Source of the DNA: Spirochaetota bacterium
GTDB lineage: Bacteria; Spirochaetota; UBA4802; UBA5550
Length of the DNA: 62,396 nucleotides
Assembly: GCA_050298055.1 (NCBI GenBank)
Contig: JBNKTL010000014.1
Coordinates: forward strand, 10,791 to 73,186
Reading direction: 5' to 3'
A program made the position numbers and the translations under genes. Shown here one piece after another: positions 19,453 through 29,523 of this stretch (positions are counted from its first letter, which is position 1; each line of letters starts with the position of its first letter). The notes under the pieces were generated by a model that searched no databases, was not told the origin of the DNA, and saw nothing but the letters and a program-made list of their open reading frames with translations.

Positions 19453-20925
19453 ATGAATCCGTGGGATTATAACATAGAGGATTTTAATCAGTGGCGAATT
19501 GAAAATGATCTAAAAGAATTATTTCGTTATTTCAAAAAAATATTTCCTGATTATATGGCATGGGTTAAAAAATATTTTAATAAAGAATCTGTTGTTATTG
19601 AATATCCTCATCCGGGAGATTTATTTTCAGGTACAAAAAAGAAATTGTATATAGAATACTTTGATATCAACAGTATTCATAGATCTAAAATAATCGACTC
19701 AGATTACATGAATCGAGCAGCTTATAACACAATTAAATCGAAATATAAAGTTCTTCAAGAAATTGAATTTTTACCGTATCTTCAATGGAACAAAAAGAAT
19801 AATGGAAAATTATTATCTTTATCAAATGAATTAAACAGTTCGTATAAAGATGATTTTTTATATGGTGGGTGGACTAGTAAAAACCCCTCAGAATCCCGAG
19901 CAGCGTTAAATCAAGAGTTTCAAGTCTTGAAACTCGGAAATATTAAATTAGGTGATAAATATCCTTTAGATGACAGAAATCTAGATTTTTGTGACTTGGA
20001 TAATCTTTATATCACTGGCAATAGGCATAGCTCAAGAGATAAACCTATCAATTATTCTTCATGCAGAAACATTGTTATTGAAAATTCGAATTTGGCATTC
20101 ATAAGATTCTCAAATTGTCCTTTGAATTTATTATCAATCAAGGATTCAAGATTACAAGATATACGATTCGATTTATGTGATCTATCAAGACCTGACTTTA
20201 AAGACATCTATGTAAATGGATTTTATTTTAGGAACACAATAATTAGAGAGCCCAATATTTCAAATTTTAAAGCAACCCGATTTAATTATGCTCCTCATAA
20301 TGATTATGATAACTTTGGAGAATTCCAAACTTTACAGGTATTACGTGATTCATTTGAAAAATCAGGAAATATTTCTGAAGCAAGAAAATATTATTTATCG
20401 GAGAAGAAATATCAAAGAAGATATTATAATAATCCTTATTGGCATAATTCACGTGATTTTCCAAGCGTTCAATATCTACAAGGATTTAAATATTGGTATG
20501 ATTGTAATAGAAAAGGTGTTAAGTCTGCAAATATAAAATCATTAATAAAACTAATATTAAACCGTATTAATATTTTTACTTCACCAAAGTATGCTTTTAA
20601 AGCAATTTCTTTTAAATGTAAATATATGCGGTCTTTATTTATGAATTTCCTTTTCGGATATGGAGAAAAACCATTAAAAGTTGTCATAAATATTGTATTG
20701 ATTATATTCTCGTTTACATCCATCTTTTACTTTTCTATTCAATGTGAGTTATCAAAAAAATTTTTTAACTCATTATACTTTTCAATAGTTACTTTTACAA
20801 CATTAGGTTATGGTGATATACAGCCAATTGAATCTTTAAAGTTAATTTGTGCAGTTGAGGCAATATTGGGAGCATTATTTATGGGTTTGTTTGTTGGAAC
20901 TTTAGTTAATAAGGCAAGGAGTTAA
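19453..20925 (+). CDS. AT-rich protein with pentapeptide-like beta-helix region and C-terminal 2-TM potassium channel (Ion_trans_2) domain
   Basis: FGYGEKP, LYFSIVTFTTLGYGDIQP selectivity filter, EAILGALFM; composition much more AT-rich than flanks. Confidence 0.85.
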   Translation: MNPWDYNIEDFNQWRIENDLKELFRYFKKIFPDYMAWVKKYFNKESVVIEYPHPGDLFSGTKKKLYIEYFDINSIHRSKIIDSDYMNRAAYNTIKSKYKVLQEIEFLPYLQWNKKNNGKLLSLSNELNSSYKDDFLYGGWTSKNPSESRAALNQEFQVLKLGNIKLGDKYPLDDRNLDFCDLDNLYITGNRHSSRDKPINYSSCRNIVIENSNLAFIRFSNCPLNLLSIKDSRLQDIRFDLCDLSRPDFKDIYVNGFYFRNTIIREPNISNFKATRFNYAPHNDYDNFGEFQTLQVLRDSFEKSGNISEARKYYLSEKKYQRRYYNNPYWHNSRDFPSVQYLQGFKYWYDCNRKGVKSANIKSLIKLILNRINIFTSPKYAFKAISFKCKYMRSLFMNFLFGYGEKPLKVVINIVLIIFSFTSIFYFSIQCELSKKFFNSLYFSIVTFTTLGYGDIQPIESLKLICAVEAILGALFMGLFVGTLVNKARS

Positions 20926-20980
20926 TAGGATAATTCTGTATGCTGACTTTCTCTGAAAGAGATAAGGTTCTTGCAAAGGA

Positions 20981-21040
20981 GCCCTCTCCCCATGGGAGAG
21001 GGCGCGCCGGAGGCGGGGTGAGGGCACGAAGTGAGGGCCG
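20981..21040. repeat. REP-like element ccctctccc..gggagaggg...ggggtgaggg
   Basis: Hairpin ccctctccc-cat-gggagaggg followed by ggggtgagggc, a widespread intergenic repeat type. Confidence 0.7.
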
Positions 21041-21121
21041 TGATAAGACCAACTTTTCCTAAAAATTCACTTGATATAATATTACACGGATAAATTATGT
21101 GCCCTATCAAACGAGGCCCAT

Positions 21122-21466
21122 ATGGATGATGAAAGCAGAAGAGAGTGGGGGTATTACGATATTCTCTCCGATGAGAAGGACCACAAGGTAAAGAGGATAA
21201 CCGTTTACCCCGGGAAAAGGTTGAGTCTGCAGAGGCACAGAAAGAGGGCGGAGCACTGGTATATCCTTGAGGGGAGTGCTGTCATGACCCTGAATGATAA
21301 TGTTTTTCCCCTGGATCCCGGCGGTTCCGTGGATATAAAGACAGGGGATATCCACAGGATTGAGAATTCCGGAACCTCGGACCTGGTTTTTATCGAGGTG
21401 CAGACCGGATCATACTTCGGAGAGGATGATATCGAGAGGCTCCATGACGATTATGGCCGCGCCTGA
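21122..21466 (+). CDS. Mannose-6-phosphate isomerase type II C-terminal cupin protein
   Basis: REWGYY, VKRITVYPGKRLSLQRHRKRAEHW, HRIEN, IEVQTGSYFGEDDIER. Confidence 0.92.
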   Translation: MDDESRREWGYYDILSDEKDHKVKRITVYPGKRLSLQRHRKRAEHWYILEGSAVMTLNDNVFPLDPGGSVDIKTGDIHRIENSGTSDLVFIEVQTGSYFGEDDIERLHDDYGRA

Positions 21467-21770
21467 TGCTTCGACTGTGTGGTTTGAATATTTATAATAT
21501 GCATGCTCAGCACGAGGATTTTTTGTAACAAAGAGTGTGTGAGTAAAACAAAATTTTCTATATCAGCACAAGAGATAAAATTTTGGGGGTGTCTGTAAAA
21601 ACCATTCATCAATCAGCAGGATCGGAAAATGCTCTGTAGAGAGAGTGTTGGCAGGCTGTTGAATGAGTTTTCTCCGCAAAACAGATGTATCCTTCATAAA
21701 CTCAATAATTTTAAAAAAAAAGTAACTACTTGATTGTATGGCTGAAAATAACGTATTTGCTGAAAATAAC

Positions 21771-21822
21771 AACAATATGTCCCCGCCGCTTTCGGCGGCG
21801 GGGACATATCAATTATGTTTTT
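21771..21822. repeat. GC-rich palindrome with conserved flanks, copy 1 (second copy 46088-46140)
   Basis: aacaatatgtccccgccgc-tttcg-gcggcggggacatatcaattatgttttt. Confidence 0.9.
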
Positions 21823-21894
21823 TTTGAATAGTATACATATAGCTGAGTAGTTAAAAAAGATTAAAAAACATTAATTCTACAGGGAGTTTCTGAT

Positions 21895-22833
21895 ATGATA
21901 AATGCAGCCGGTATCAGTAAAAACTTCGGTGATGTCAGGGCGGTTGATAACGTGTCCTTCTCCGTAAATGACGGAGAGATCACCGGGTTACTCGGACCCA
22001 ACGGTGCGGGAAAGACCACAACTCTGAGGATGCTTACCTGCTACCTGAAACCAGACAGCGGGGAGATCACCGTGGGTGATCTCAAAACCGACGAGTCCCC
22101 CCGGGAGGTGAAGCAGCTCATCGGCTATCTTCCCGAATCCGCGCCCCTCTACAGTGATATGCTTGTCTATGACTATCTCTGTTACGTTTCGGACATCAGG
22201 GGAGTGGAGGACAAAAAAAGGATCCGTGAGATGGGAGACCTCTGCGGCATAAACGATGTGATGCACAAGAACATCGGTGAGCTCTCAAAGGGATACAAGC
22301 AGAGGGTGGGCCTTGCCTATTCCATGATACACGATCCCGATATCCTCGTCCTTGATGAACCCACCAGTGGTCTTGATCCCAACCAGATCATCGAGATCAG
22401 GAACCTGATCAGGGAGATAGGGAAAAAGAAGACGGTCATCCTCTCCACCCATATACTCTCGGAGGTGGAAGCTACCTGTGACAGGATAATCATCATAAAC
22501 AAAGGAAATATTGTGGCGGATGACAAGAAGGAGAACCTCCAGGCGGGAGGAAAGGGGAACAGCAGCCTTGCCATCCAGGTGACCGGGACCGATTTCGAGA
22601 CCCTCTCCGGAGAACTGAAAAAGATCTCCGGTGTGAACAGGGTGGACCAAAGACCCGACGGGAACTTTACCTCTGCTTCCATCGTCTATGGCGGTGAGAA
22701 CGATATCCGTCCCGATGTATTCAGGCTTGTGAGTTCCCGGGAGTGGGTCATGTACGAGATGAAGCAGGAGCACAGGTCCCTTGAGAACGTATTCAGAGAA
22801 CTGACCAGAGGAGGAGACAATGGAGAGGTTTAA
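21895..22833 (+). CDS. ABC transporter ATP-binding protein (GldA-like)
   Basis: GPNGAGKTT, LSKGYKQRVGLA, LDEPTSGLDPNQ. Confidence 0.93.
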   Translation: MINAAGISKNFGDVRAVDNVSFSVNDGEITGLLGPNGAGKTTTLRMLTCYLKPDSGEITVGDLKTDESPREVKQLIGYLPESAPLYSDMLVYDYLCYVSDIRGVEDKKRIREMGDLCGINDVMHKNIGELSKGYKQRVGLAYSMIHDPDILVLDEPTSGLDPNQIIEIRNLIREIGKKKTVILSTHILSEVEATCDRIIIINKGNIVADDKKENLQAGGKGNSSLAIQVTGTDFETLSGELKKISGVNRVDQRPDGNFTSASIVYGGENDIRPDVFRLVSSREWVMYEMKQEHRSLENVFRELTRGGDNGEV

Positions 22834-23530
22834 TGCGCAGCTCACAATTATGAAGAAGGAGCTCAGGTCTTACTTCACAAGCCCCATCGCGTATATTGTT
22901 ATAACAATTTTTCTGATATTTACCGGTTTCTTCTTCTTTAAGGATTTTTTCTATTTCAACCAGGCGGAGATGAGGAACCTCTTTCAGCTCCTGCCCATTA
23001 TGTTCACCTTTGTGATACCGGCGGTAACCATGAGGCTCTTCTCCGAGGAGAAGCACAGCGGGTCCATCGAGATTCTTTTGACACTGCCGGTCTCGACCCT
23101 GGAGGTCGTCCTGGGGAAGTTCCTGGCGGGGACACTCTTTGTGACGGTGATGATATCCCCCACCCTGGTCTATCTCTTTACCATCCTGATGATCGGGTCT
23201 CCCGATCCGGGCCCCATTGCCGGGGGATATATCGGGACCATCTTCCTGGGTGGGGCATACGCGTCCATCGGGATACTTTCTTCATCCCTGAGCAGAAACC
23301 AGATCGTGGCTTTTATCACGGCCTGGGCGATCTCCTTTCTGCTCTGGCTCCTTGACAAGATCGTGATATTTCTTCCTTCAAAACTGGCCTTTATCCAGAA
23401 CCTGGGAACAGACTATCACTTCAGGAACATCTCCCGGGGCATTGTGGATACCCGGGACGTAATCTATTTCCTGTCGGTTATGGCGGTATCCATACTCCTC
23501 ACGGCAAAAATTCTGGATGAAAGGAGATAG
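22820..23530 (+). CDS. ABC-2 permease (GldF-like)
   Basis: KKELRSYFTSPIAY, PAVTMRLFSEEKHSGSIEILLTLP, RGIVDTRDVIYF. Confidence 0.9.
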   Translation: MERFNAQLTIMKKELRSYFTSPIAYIVITIFLIFTGFFFFKDFFYFNQAEMRNLFQLLPIMFTFVIPAVTMRLFSEEKHSGSIEILLTLPVSTLEVVLGKFLAGTLFVTVMISPTLVYLFTILMIGSPDPGPIAGGYIGTIFLGGAYASIGILSSSLSRNQIVAFITAWAISFLLWLLDKIVIFLPSKLAFIQNLGTDYHFRNISRGIVDTRDVIYFLSVMAVSILLTAKILDERR

Positions 23531-23532
23531 TG

Positions 23533-25701
23533 ATGGAAAAAGAGAGTAAAATGAAAAGCATTGTAAACAAATTATCCGGATCACTGGGTATCACTGAAAA
23601 GGGTATCCAGTTTCTCCTCTACTTTCTGATCATCATACTGATCAATATAGCGGGGGCGAACCTCAACCTGAGGCTTGACCTCACCCGGAACGGCACCTAT
23701 ACACTCTCCGGGAAGAGCAGAAACGTGGTTTCAAACCTGAAGGAGAACCTGAAGATAAAGGTTCTCTTCTCCCAGGACCTTCCCGGCGAGCATAAGAACA
23801 TCTACAGGTATCTGCGGGACCTTCTCAACGAGTACAACTACTATGGAAACGAATACTTCTCTTACGAGATCATCGAGGACAAGGAAGAGATAAAAAAACA
23901 GGCGGGTGATTACGGGATACGGCCGGTCACCAGCAGGGAGTTCGCCAGTGACGAGATCAAGACCCGTCAGACATACATGGGACTGGTGATCCAGCAGGCC
24001 GACCTTGTGGAGAAGATACAGGCAGTGACGAATCCCGTGGGCCTGGAATATAACATTACCTCACGAATCGAGAAGATCTCCAGCAAGATCGACGGGCTCC
24101 TGAAACTGAAAAAGCCCATTGAGCTCCGGCTCTACCTTGACCAGGGGGTGAAGAAACTCCCCATCGACGGCATCAGGAAGCTCGAGAAGATGGTCATGGA
24201 CTCCGTTGAAAAGATCAACGTCAACAACTACGGGAAGGTGAAATTTGTTCTGGCTGATAAGTTCACCAAAGAGGAATCTGACGCCATCGCGGCAAAGTAT
24301 GGCCTCAGTAAACTCCAGTGGCCCTCGGGAAGGACCCGGACAGGTGAGGTCCTTACCGCGGGTGAGGGTATATTCGGTCTTGTTGTTGAGAGCGGTGACC
24401 GTTTTCAGAAATTCAACCTCTCCATTGCCCAGTCTCTCTTCGGCGGCTATGTTATCGCGGGGCTGGATAATCTCCCGGACAAGATAGAAGATTCCATATC
24501 CTATATATTAAACGCCAATAAGAAGATCGGATACATAGCCGGCAGGGGGACCGTCAACATAAATGACCAGCAGTCCCGTGAGGGGGGAAAGGTCTTCAGC
24601 GAACTCCTCTCCGACGTCTACGAGGTGGTGAGCCTGGACCTTGCAAAGGATGATATTCCCGGGGATATGGACACCATAATCGTCAACGGGCCAAAAGAGA
24701 AGTTCAGCGATTACGAGCTCTTTAAGATCGACCAGTTCCTGATGATGGGTAAATCCGCCATATTCTTTATGGATTCCTTTAACGAGGTCCAGCTTCCGGG
24801 ACAGCAGAACATGTTCCAGCAGAGACAGCCCATGGTCCTTCCCGTGAATACGGGGATTGAGCAGATGCTCGCCTCCTATGGGATAAAAGTCAATAAAGAC
24901 ATCGTCCTGGATAAAAACTGCGCCAAGGTCAACCTGGGGCAAATGATCAGGGACTATCCCCTTCTTCCCATTATCAAAAGGGAGGGCCTTGACAGGGAGA
25001 ACCTCATCACAAAATACCTCCAGGCGGCGGTTTTCGTGAAAGCTTCTTCCATTACGGCGGATGAGAAGAAACTCAAGGAGAATGGCATAAAGCAGGCGAA
25101 GCTGGTATCATCCTCCGAAGAAAGCTGGCTCATGAAGGGGAGGATCAACTTCAATCCCCTGATGATGGGTTCCGGCGGCGGAAAGGAGATGAAAAGCTAC
25201 AACCTGGTCTCCCTCTTCTCCGGAAAGTTTCCCAGCTTCTTTAAGGACAAAGAGGTCCCCCTTCCCGAAGATGATAAGAAAAAGGTCCTGGCCGGGGGAA
25301 AGATCAAGGCAACAAAAAAGCTCGCGGGGACAATAGGCTCGGGGAACACCCGGATCATTGTGGCATCTAGCTCTGAGATAACCCGGTCCGGGTTCCTCAT
25401 GTATGCCAGGAAGATCCTGGCAAGCGGGAACAGGGGAGAGGTTTACTCCAACGATCATCTTCTCCACAGCTTTGTGGATTCTCTCACGGGAAATGACTAT
25501 ATCCCGGAAATGAAGAGCAAGAGCCTGGAGTACAGCCCCCTGGACAAGACGGAAGATAACACACGGTTTCTGCTCAAAGCGGTGAACATTGTGGGCGTGC
25601 CGGTCATAATCATCCTCATGGGAATTGTCATGTGGAGAAGAAGAGAATCAAGAAGAAAGAAACTTGCCGTTGAGTTTAACAGGGAGGTGGGGAATGAGTA
25701 G
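23533..25701 (+). CDS. GldG-family ABC auxiliary protein
   Basis: RLDLTRNGTYTLS, LEYNITS, IDQFLMMG, C-terminal TM plus WRRR. Confidence 0.88.
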   Translation: MEKESKMKSIVNKLSGSLGITEKGIQFLLYFLIIILINIAGANLNLRLDLTRNGTYTLSGKSRNVVSNLKENLKIKVLFSQDLPGEHKNIYRYLRDLLNEYNYYGNEYFSYEIIEDKEEIKKQAGDYGIRPVTSREFASDEIKTRQTYMGLVIQQADLVEKIQAVTNPVGLEYNITSRIEKISSKIDGLLKLKKPIELRLYLDQGVKKLPIDGIRKLEKMVMDSVEKINVNNYGKVKFVLADKFTKEESDAIAAKYGLSKLQWPSGRTRTGEVLTAGEGIFGLVVESGDRFQKFNLSIAQSLFGGYVIAGLDNLPDKIEDSISYILNANKKIGYIAGRGTVNINDQQSREGGKVFSELLSDVYEVVSLDLAKDDIPGDMDTIIVNGPKEKFSDYELFKIDQFLMMGKSAIFFMDSFNEVQLPGQQNMFQQRQPMVLPVNTGIEQMLASYGIKVNKDIVLDKNCAKVNLGQMIRDYPLLPIIKREGLDRENLITKYLQAAVFVKASSITADEKKLKENGIKQAKLVSSSEESWLMKGRINFNPLMMGSGGGKEMKSYNLVSLFSGKFPSFFKDKEVPLPEDDKKKVLAGGKIKATKKLAGTIGSGNTRIIVASSSEITRSGFLMYARKILASGNRGEVYSNDHLLHSFVDSLTGNDYIPEMKSKSLEYSPLDKTEDNTRFLLKAVNIVGVPVIIILMGIVMWRRRESRRKKLAVEFNREVGNE

Positions 25702-26647
25702 AAAGATGCTTGCGAGCCTGGGGATCATTGCGGTCCTGCTGCTCTATATTTCGCTGAAAGACAGGAGGGGCTCTTCGGACCTTCCGGAGTTGAAGGACTG
25801 GAAAGAGAGCGCCGGTGAGATCGTCATAAAAAAGGGCGGTTCCGCCGTCACACTCAGTTTAAAAAGCGATAAGTGGTTTGTCAACGGGAAATATCCCGCT
25901 GATAAAAACGCCGTGACCGGTCTTGAGAAAAAGATAAAGGAGATAAAGGTCCTGGACCTCATATCCAAAAAAGAGTTCTACAGCAAGTATGACCTCACCC
26001 CCGAAAAGGCCGTATCGGTAACGGTGAGCAGGGAGGGGAAGAAACTCAGGGAGCTCCTTATCGGGAAGAAGAGCAGCACAAACCGTCACACATATATGAG
26101 AATTGACGGAAAGCCCGAAGTCTACCTGGTGTCGGGGACCTTCGATCGTGAAGTCAACAGGAGTGTTGATGAACTCAGGGACAAGGAGATCCTGAACATC
26201 GGGAAAGACTCAATTGAGGAACTGGGAATATCATACAAAGGACGCACCTTCCTTTTCACCAAAAAGCTTGAGGAGAAAAAGCCCGGTAAGGATGCAGAAG
26301 CAAAAGAGAAGATCGATAAACCCGTAAAACCTGAAAAGGTTGAAAAATGGGTCTGCAAAGGCTATCCCCAGGTGAAGATATCAACCCGGAAGATGAATCC
26401 TCTTCTTTCCGGTTTCAGCCCCCTCAGGGCATCGGCCTTCCCGGAAACAGAAAAGAGTTCCCTGTCTAAACCGGCGGGAAGCCTTAAAATTAAGGCCTTT
26501 AACAGGGAGATAACCGTCTCCTTCCACGAACAGGACAAAGATAAAAAGTATATGGCCACGTCATCGGAGAGCCCCTATGTTTTTACCCTCGATGAGTGGA
26601 GGGTGAAGAAGTATCTCCTGGAAAACATTGAAGGTCTTAAAGAATAG
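25694..26647 (+). CDS. DUF4340 domain protein
   Basis: N-terminal TM; W..GKYPAD, YDL..., LLIGK...YMR...VYLV...ELRDK; usual fourth gene of Gld-like ABC operons; RBS ggagg before ATG 25694. Confidence 0.8.
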   Translation: MSRKMLASLGIIAVLLLYISLKDRRGSSDLPELKDWKESAGEIVIKKGGSAVTLSLKSDKWFVNGKYPADKNAVTGLEKKIKEIKVLDLISKKEFYSKYDLTPEKAVSVTVSREGKKLRELLIGKKSSTNRHTYMRIDGKPEVYLVSGTFDREVNRSVDELRDKEILNIGKDSIEELGISYKGRTFLFTKKLEEKKPGKDAEAKEKIDKPVKPEKVEKWVCKGYPQVKISTRKMNPLLSGFSPLRASAFPETEKSSLSKPAGSLKIKAFNREITVSFHEQDKDKKYMATSSESPYVFTLDEWRVKKYLLENIEGLKE

Positions 26648-26661
26648 AGTTCCGTGTTCCG

Positions 26662-26735
26662 TTGCCCCCTAACCCCCCAAGGGGGCATAAGAGTGTTGGG
26701 AAATATCTTGCGCCCCCTGAGGGGGCCGGGGGGAT
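26662..26735. repeat. REP-like element ccccctaaccccccaaggggg ... ccccctgagggggccggggg
   Basis: Two C-run/G-run hairpins in inverted arrangement after the operon end. Confidence 0.65.
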
Positions 26736-26893
26736 AAAAGAGTTTTGATAACTTTGCAATTTTTCCTTCTTGGCGGTTTATACCCATAACAGGAACTTTT
26801 TTTCTTGCATATTTAACTGTTTGCTGTTTAAATATGGTGAGTGGAAGTGTGCACTTTTTGTGCCGACAAAAATACAGGTACCGGGAAGACAAT

Positions 26894-29323
26894 ATGACAG
26901 AGAATAACAATGATAAAGAAGATCTGAATGAAGAACTTAACGAACAACTCAATGAAGAGCTCAATGAAGAACTTCAGGAGAACCAGCTCATTATACCGGA
27001 TGAAATACTGCCGGATGTGGTAACCATTATTCCCCTGATGCAGAGGCCCATTTTCCCCGGGATGATGATACCCATCGTTATATCCGGTAACGAGATGATG
27101 AAGAGCGCGGATAAGATCATCCAGTCACCGTCAAAGATCGGCGGTGTTGTGCTTATAGAAAATCCCCATGACGGCCTTATTGAATCGGATGATCTCTACG
27201 AGGTCGGTGTTGCCGTAAAGATCCTCAAGGTAACGCCCATTGACGATCATACGATCCAGCTGATGATAAATGCCCTCAACAGGTTCACCCTTACCGAGGT
27301 GGTAAGCAAAAAACCGATGATCGAGTGGAAGGTGGAGCACTACGATGAGAGCGAGTTCGAGTATAACGAGCAGATGAAGGCCTACTCCATGGCCATAATA
27401 AGCCTCGTGAAAGACCTGATAAAGTCCAATTCCCTTTTCCAGGAGGAGCTGAAGCTCTTCCTGAACAGGTTCACCCTTGAAAACCCGGGGAAGCTCGCGG
27501 ACTTTGTTGCTTCAATGACCACGGCGGATTCCCAGGAGATCCAGGAGGTCCTTGAGACCTTTGATATCAGAAAAAGGGTCGAGAAGGTCATCTACCTGCT
27601 CAACAAGGAGATCGAGCTCTCCAAGCTCCAGGCAAAGATAACAAAGCAGATTGAACAGAAGATTTCCAAGCAGCAGAAGGACTTTTTTCTCAAGGAACAG
27701 CTCAAGGAGATCAAGAAGCAGCTTGGCCTGGAGAAGGACGAAAAGTCGGCGGAGATCGAAAAGCTGAAGGAGAGGATAGAAAAGCTCAACCTGACCCCGG
27801 AAGCTGAAAAGAAGATAGACGAGGAGATGAACAAACTGATGCTCCTGGAGCCCCACTCCGCGGAGTATGGTGTGAGCAGGAACTACCTTGACTGGCTCAC
27901 CTCTCTTCCCTGGGGGATTTACTCCGAGGACAATTACGATATCCAGAAGGCAAAGAAGATACTGGACAGGGACCACTACGGACTTGATGACATCAAGGAG
28001 AGGATCCTTGAGTTTATCAGTACCGGCAAGATGAAGGGGAACATTACCGGGTCGATCATCTGTTTTGTGGGGCCTCCCGGTGTGGGGAAGACATCCATCG
28101 GAAAATCCGTGGCCGAGGCCCTGAACAGGAAATTCTTCAGGTTTTCCCTGGGGGGGATGCGCGACGAAGCGGAGATCAAGGGGCACAGGCGGACCTATAT
28201 CGGTGCCATGCCGGGGAAGATCATCCAGAGCCTCAAGACCGTTGATGTGGCCAACCCGGTGATCATGCTGGACGAGATAGATAAGATAGGGATAAGCTTC
28301 CAGGGAGACCCCGCTTCGGCGCTCCTGGAAGTCCTGGACCCCGAACAGAACTCCCAGTTTCTCGACCACTACATAGACCTGAGGTTTGATCTTTCCAATA
28401 TTCTCTTTATTGCAACGGCCAACCAGCTGGACACCATACCGAGGCCTCTTCTTGACAGGATGGAGGTCATGAAGCTTTCCGGCTACATCCTCCAGGAGAA
28501 GCTGGAGATCGCGAAGCGGTACCTGGTCCCGAAACAGATCGCGTTTCATGGCCTGAAGAAGAAAATGGTGAAGATCAAAAAAAATGCCATAAAACTTATC
28601 ATAGACGGCTATGCCCGCGAGGCAGGGGTCAGGAGCCTTGAGAACAACCTGAAGAAGATCATGAGAAAGGCGGCCCGGAAATTTGCGGAAGGAGAAACCG
28701 ATCCGGTTGAGATAACTGTTGATAATATTGAGGACTTCCTGGGCAAGCCGAGATTTACAGACGACTCATTGTACGATAAAAAGGTCCCCGGTGTGGTCAT
28801 GGGCCTTGCATGGACAAGCATGGGGGGGACCACACTCTTTATCGAATCTTCCGCCATCCCCTCAAAGGTCAAAGGATTCAAGCAGACCGGGCAGCTGGGA
28901 GATGTCATGAAGGAATCATCGGAGATAGCCTATACCTATGTGAGCTCCCAGGTGGAGAGATACGGTTTTGACATCGATTTCTTTAATAAGCACTTTATCC
29001 ACCTCCATGTGCCCGCAGGGGCCACCCCGAAGGACGGTCCCTCCGCGGGGATAACAATGGCAACCGCCCTCTATTCCCTGGCAAAAAACAAGCCCATCAA
29101 AAAGAACATCGCCATGACCGGTGAACTGACCATTACCGGGAAGGTCCTTCCCATCGGGGGTGTCAAGGAGAAGACCATTGCCGCAAAGAGGGCCAAGGTC
29201 AAAAGGATCATTTTCCCTTTTGAGAATAAAAAGGACTTCATGGAGCTTCCGGAGTATATCAAGGAGGGCCTGGACCCTTATTTTGTAAACTATTTTGATG
29301 AAGTCCTTGAACTGGTTTACTGA
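26894..29323 (+). CDS. lon: ATP-dependent Lon protease
   Basis: RPIFPGM, GPPGVGKTS, GHRRTYIGAMPG, PKDGPSAG, IGGVKEK; start ATG 26894. Confidence 0.97.
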   Translation: MTENNNDKEDLNEELNEQLNEELNEELQENQLIIPDEILPDVVTIIPLMQRPIFPGMMIPIVISGNEMMKSADKIIQSPSKIGGVVLIENPHDGLIESDDLYEVGVAVKILKVTPIDDHTIQLMINALNRFTLTEVVSKKPMIEWKVEHYDESEFEYNEQMKAYSMAIISLVKDLIKSNSLFQEELKLFLNRFTLENPGKLADFVASMTTADSQEIQEVLETFDIRKRVEKVIYLLNKEIELSKLQAKITKQIEQKISKQQKDFFLKEQLKEIKKQLGLEKDEKSAEIEKLKERIEKLNLTPEAEKKIDEEMNKLMLLEPHSAEYGVSRNYLDWLTSLPWGIYSEDNYDIQKAKKILDRDHYGLDDIKERILEFISTGKMKGNITGSIICFVGPPGVGKTSIGKSVAEALNRKFFRFSLGGMRDEAEIKGHRRTYIGAMPGKIIQSLKTVDVANPVIMLDEIDKIGISFQGDPASALLEVLDPEQNSQFLDHYIDLRFDLSNILFIATANQLDTIPRPLLDRMEVMKLSGYILQEKLEIAKRYLVPKQIAFHGLKKKMVKIKKNAIKLIIDGYAREAGVRSLENNLKKIMRKAARKFAEGETDPVEITVDNIEDFLGKPRFTDDSLYDKKVPGVVMGLAWTSMGGTTLFIESSAIPSKVKGFKQTGQLGDVMKESSEIAYTYVSSQVERYGFDIDFFNKHFIHLHVPAGATPKDGPSAGITMATALYSLAKNKPIKKNIAMTGELTITGKVLPIGGVKEKTIAAKRAKVKRIIFPFENKKDFMELPEYIKEGLDPYFVNYFDEVLELVY

Positions 29324-29330
29324 TTTATAA

Positions 29331-29359
29331 TTGACAACAGGGGTCAGTGTATTTAGATG
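29331..29359 (+). promoter_or_regulatory. Sigma70-type promoter of tRNA-Leu
   Basis: TTGACA-N17-TAGATG just upstream of the tRNA. Confidence 0.55.
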
Positions 29360-29376
29360 GCCATGAAATTAATAAA

Positions 29377-29461
29377 GCCCAGGTGGTGGAATTTGGTAGA
29401 CACGCATGGTTGAGGGCCATGTGGGAGAAATCCTGTGCGGGTTCAAGTCCCGCCCTGGGCA
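29377..29461 (+). tRNA. tRNA-Leu (anticodon GAG)
   Basis: Acceptor gcccagg/cctgggc-a, D-loop tggtagac, anticodon arm catgg-ttGAGgg-ccatg, long variable arm, T-loop gttcaagt; CCA not encoded. Confidence 0.97.
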
Positions 29462-29471
29462 TAAAAAAACA

Positions 29472-29497
29472 GAGGGACACATCGAGATGTGTCCCTC
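29472..29497. terminator. Hairpin after tRNA-Leu
   Basis: gagggacacatc-ga-gatgtgtccctc near-perfect inverted repeat; weak U tract on + strand. Confidence 0.5.
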
Positions 29498-29523
29498 GTA
29501 TTTAATTCAGGAGCAGCAGGTAA

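Noticed and set aside
21583..21692. Possible MITE with gggggtgtctgtaaaa terminus
   Set aside because: The inverted partner is too degenerate, and there is no second copy or target duplication in the window.
21895..26647. Gliding motility system
   Set aside because: GldA/F/G-like ABC plus DUF4340 operons are widespread in non-gliding bacteria; no other gld/spr genes here.
29377..29461. tRNA-Leu as integration site of the immunity island
   Set aside because: ndk lies between them, and I found no duplicated tRNA 3' end or integrase.
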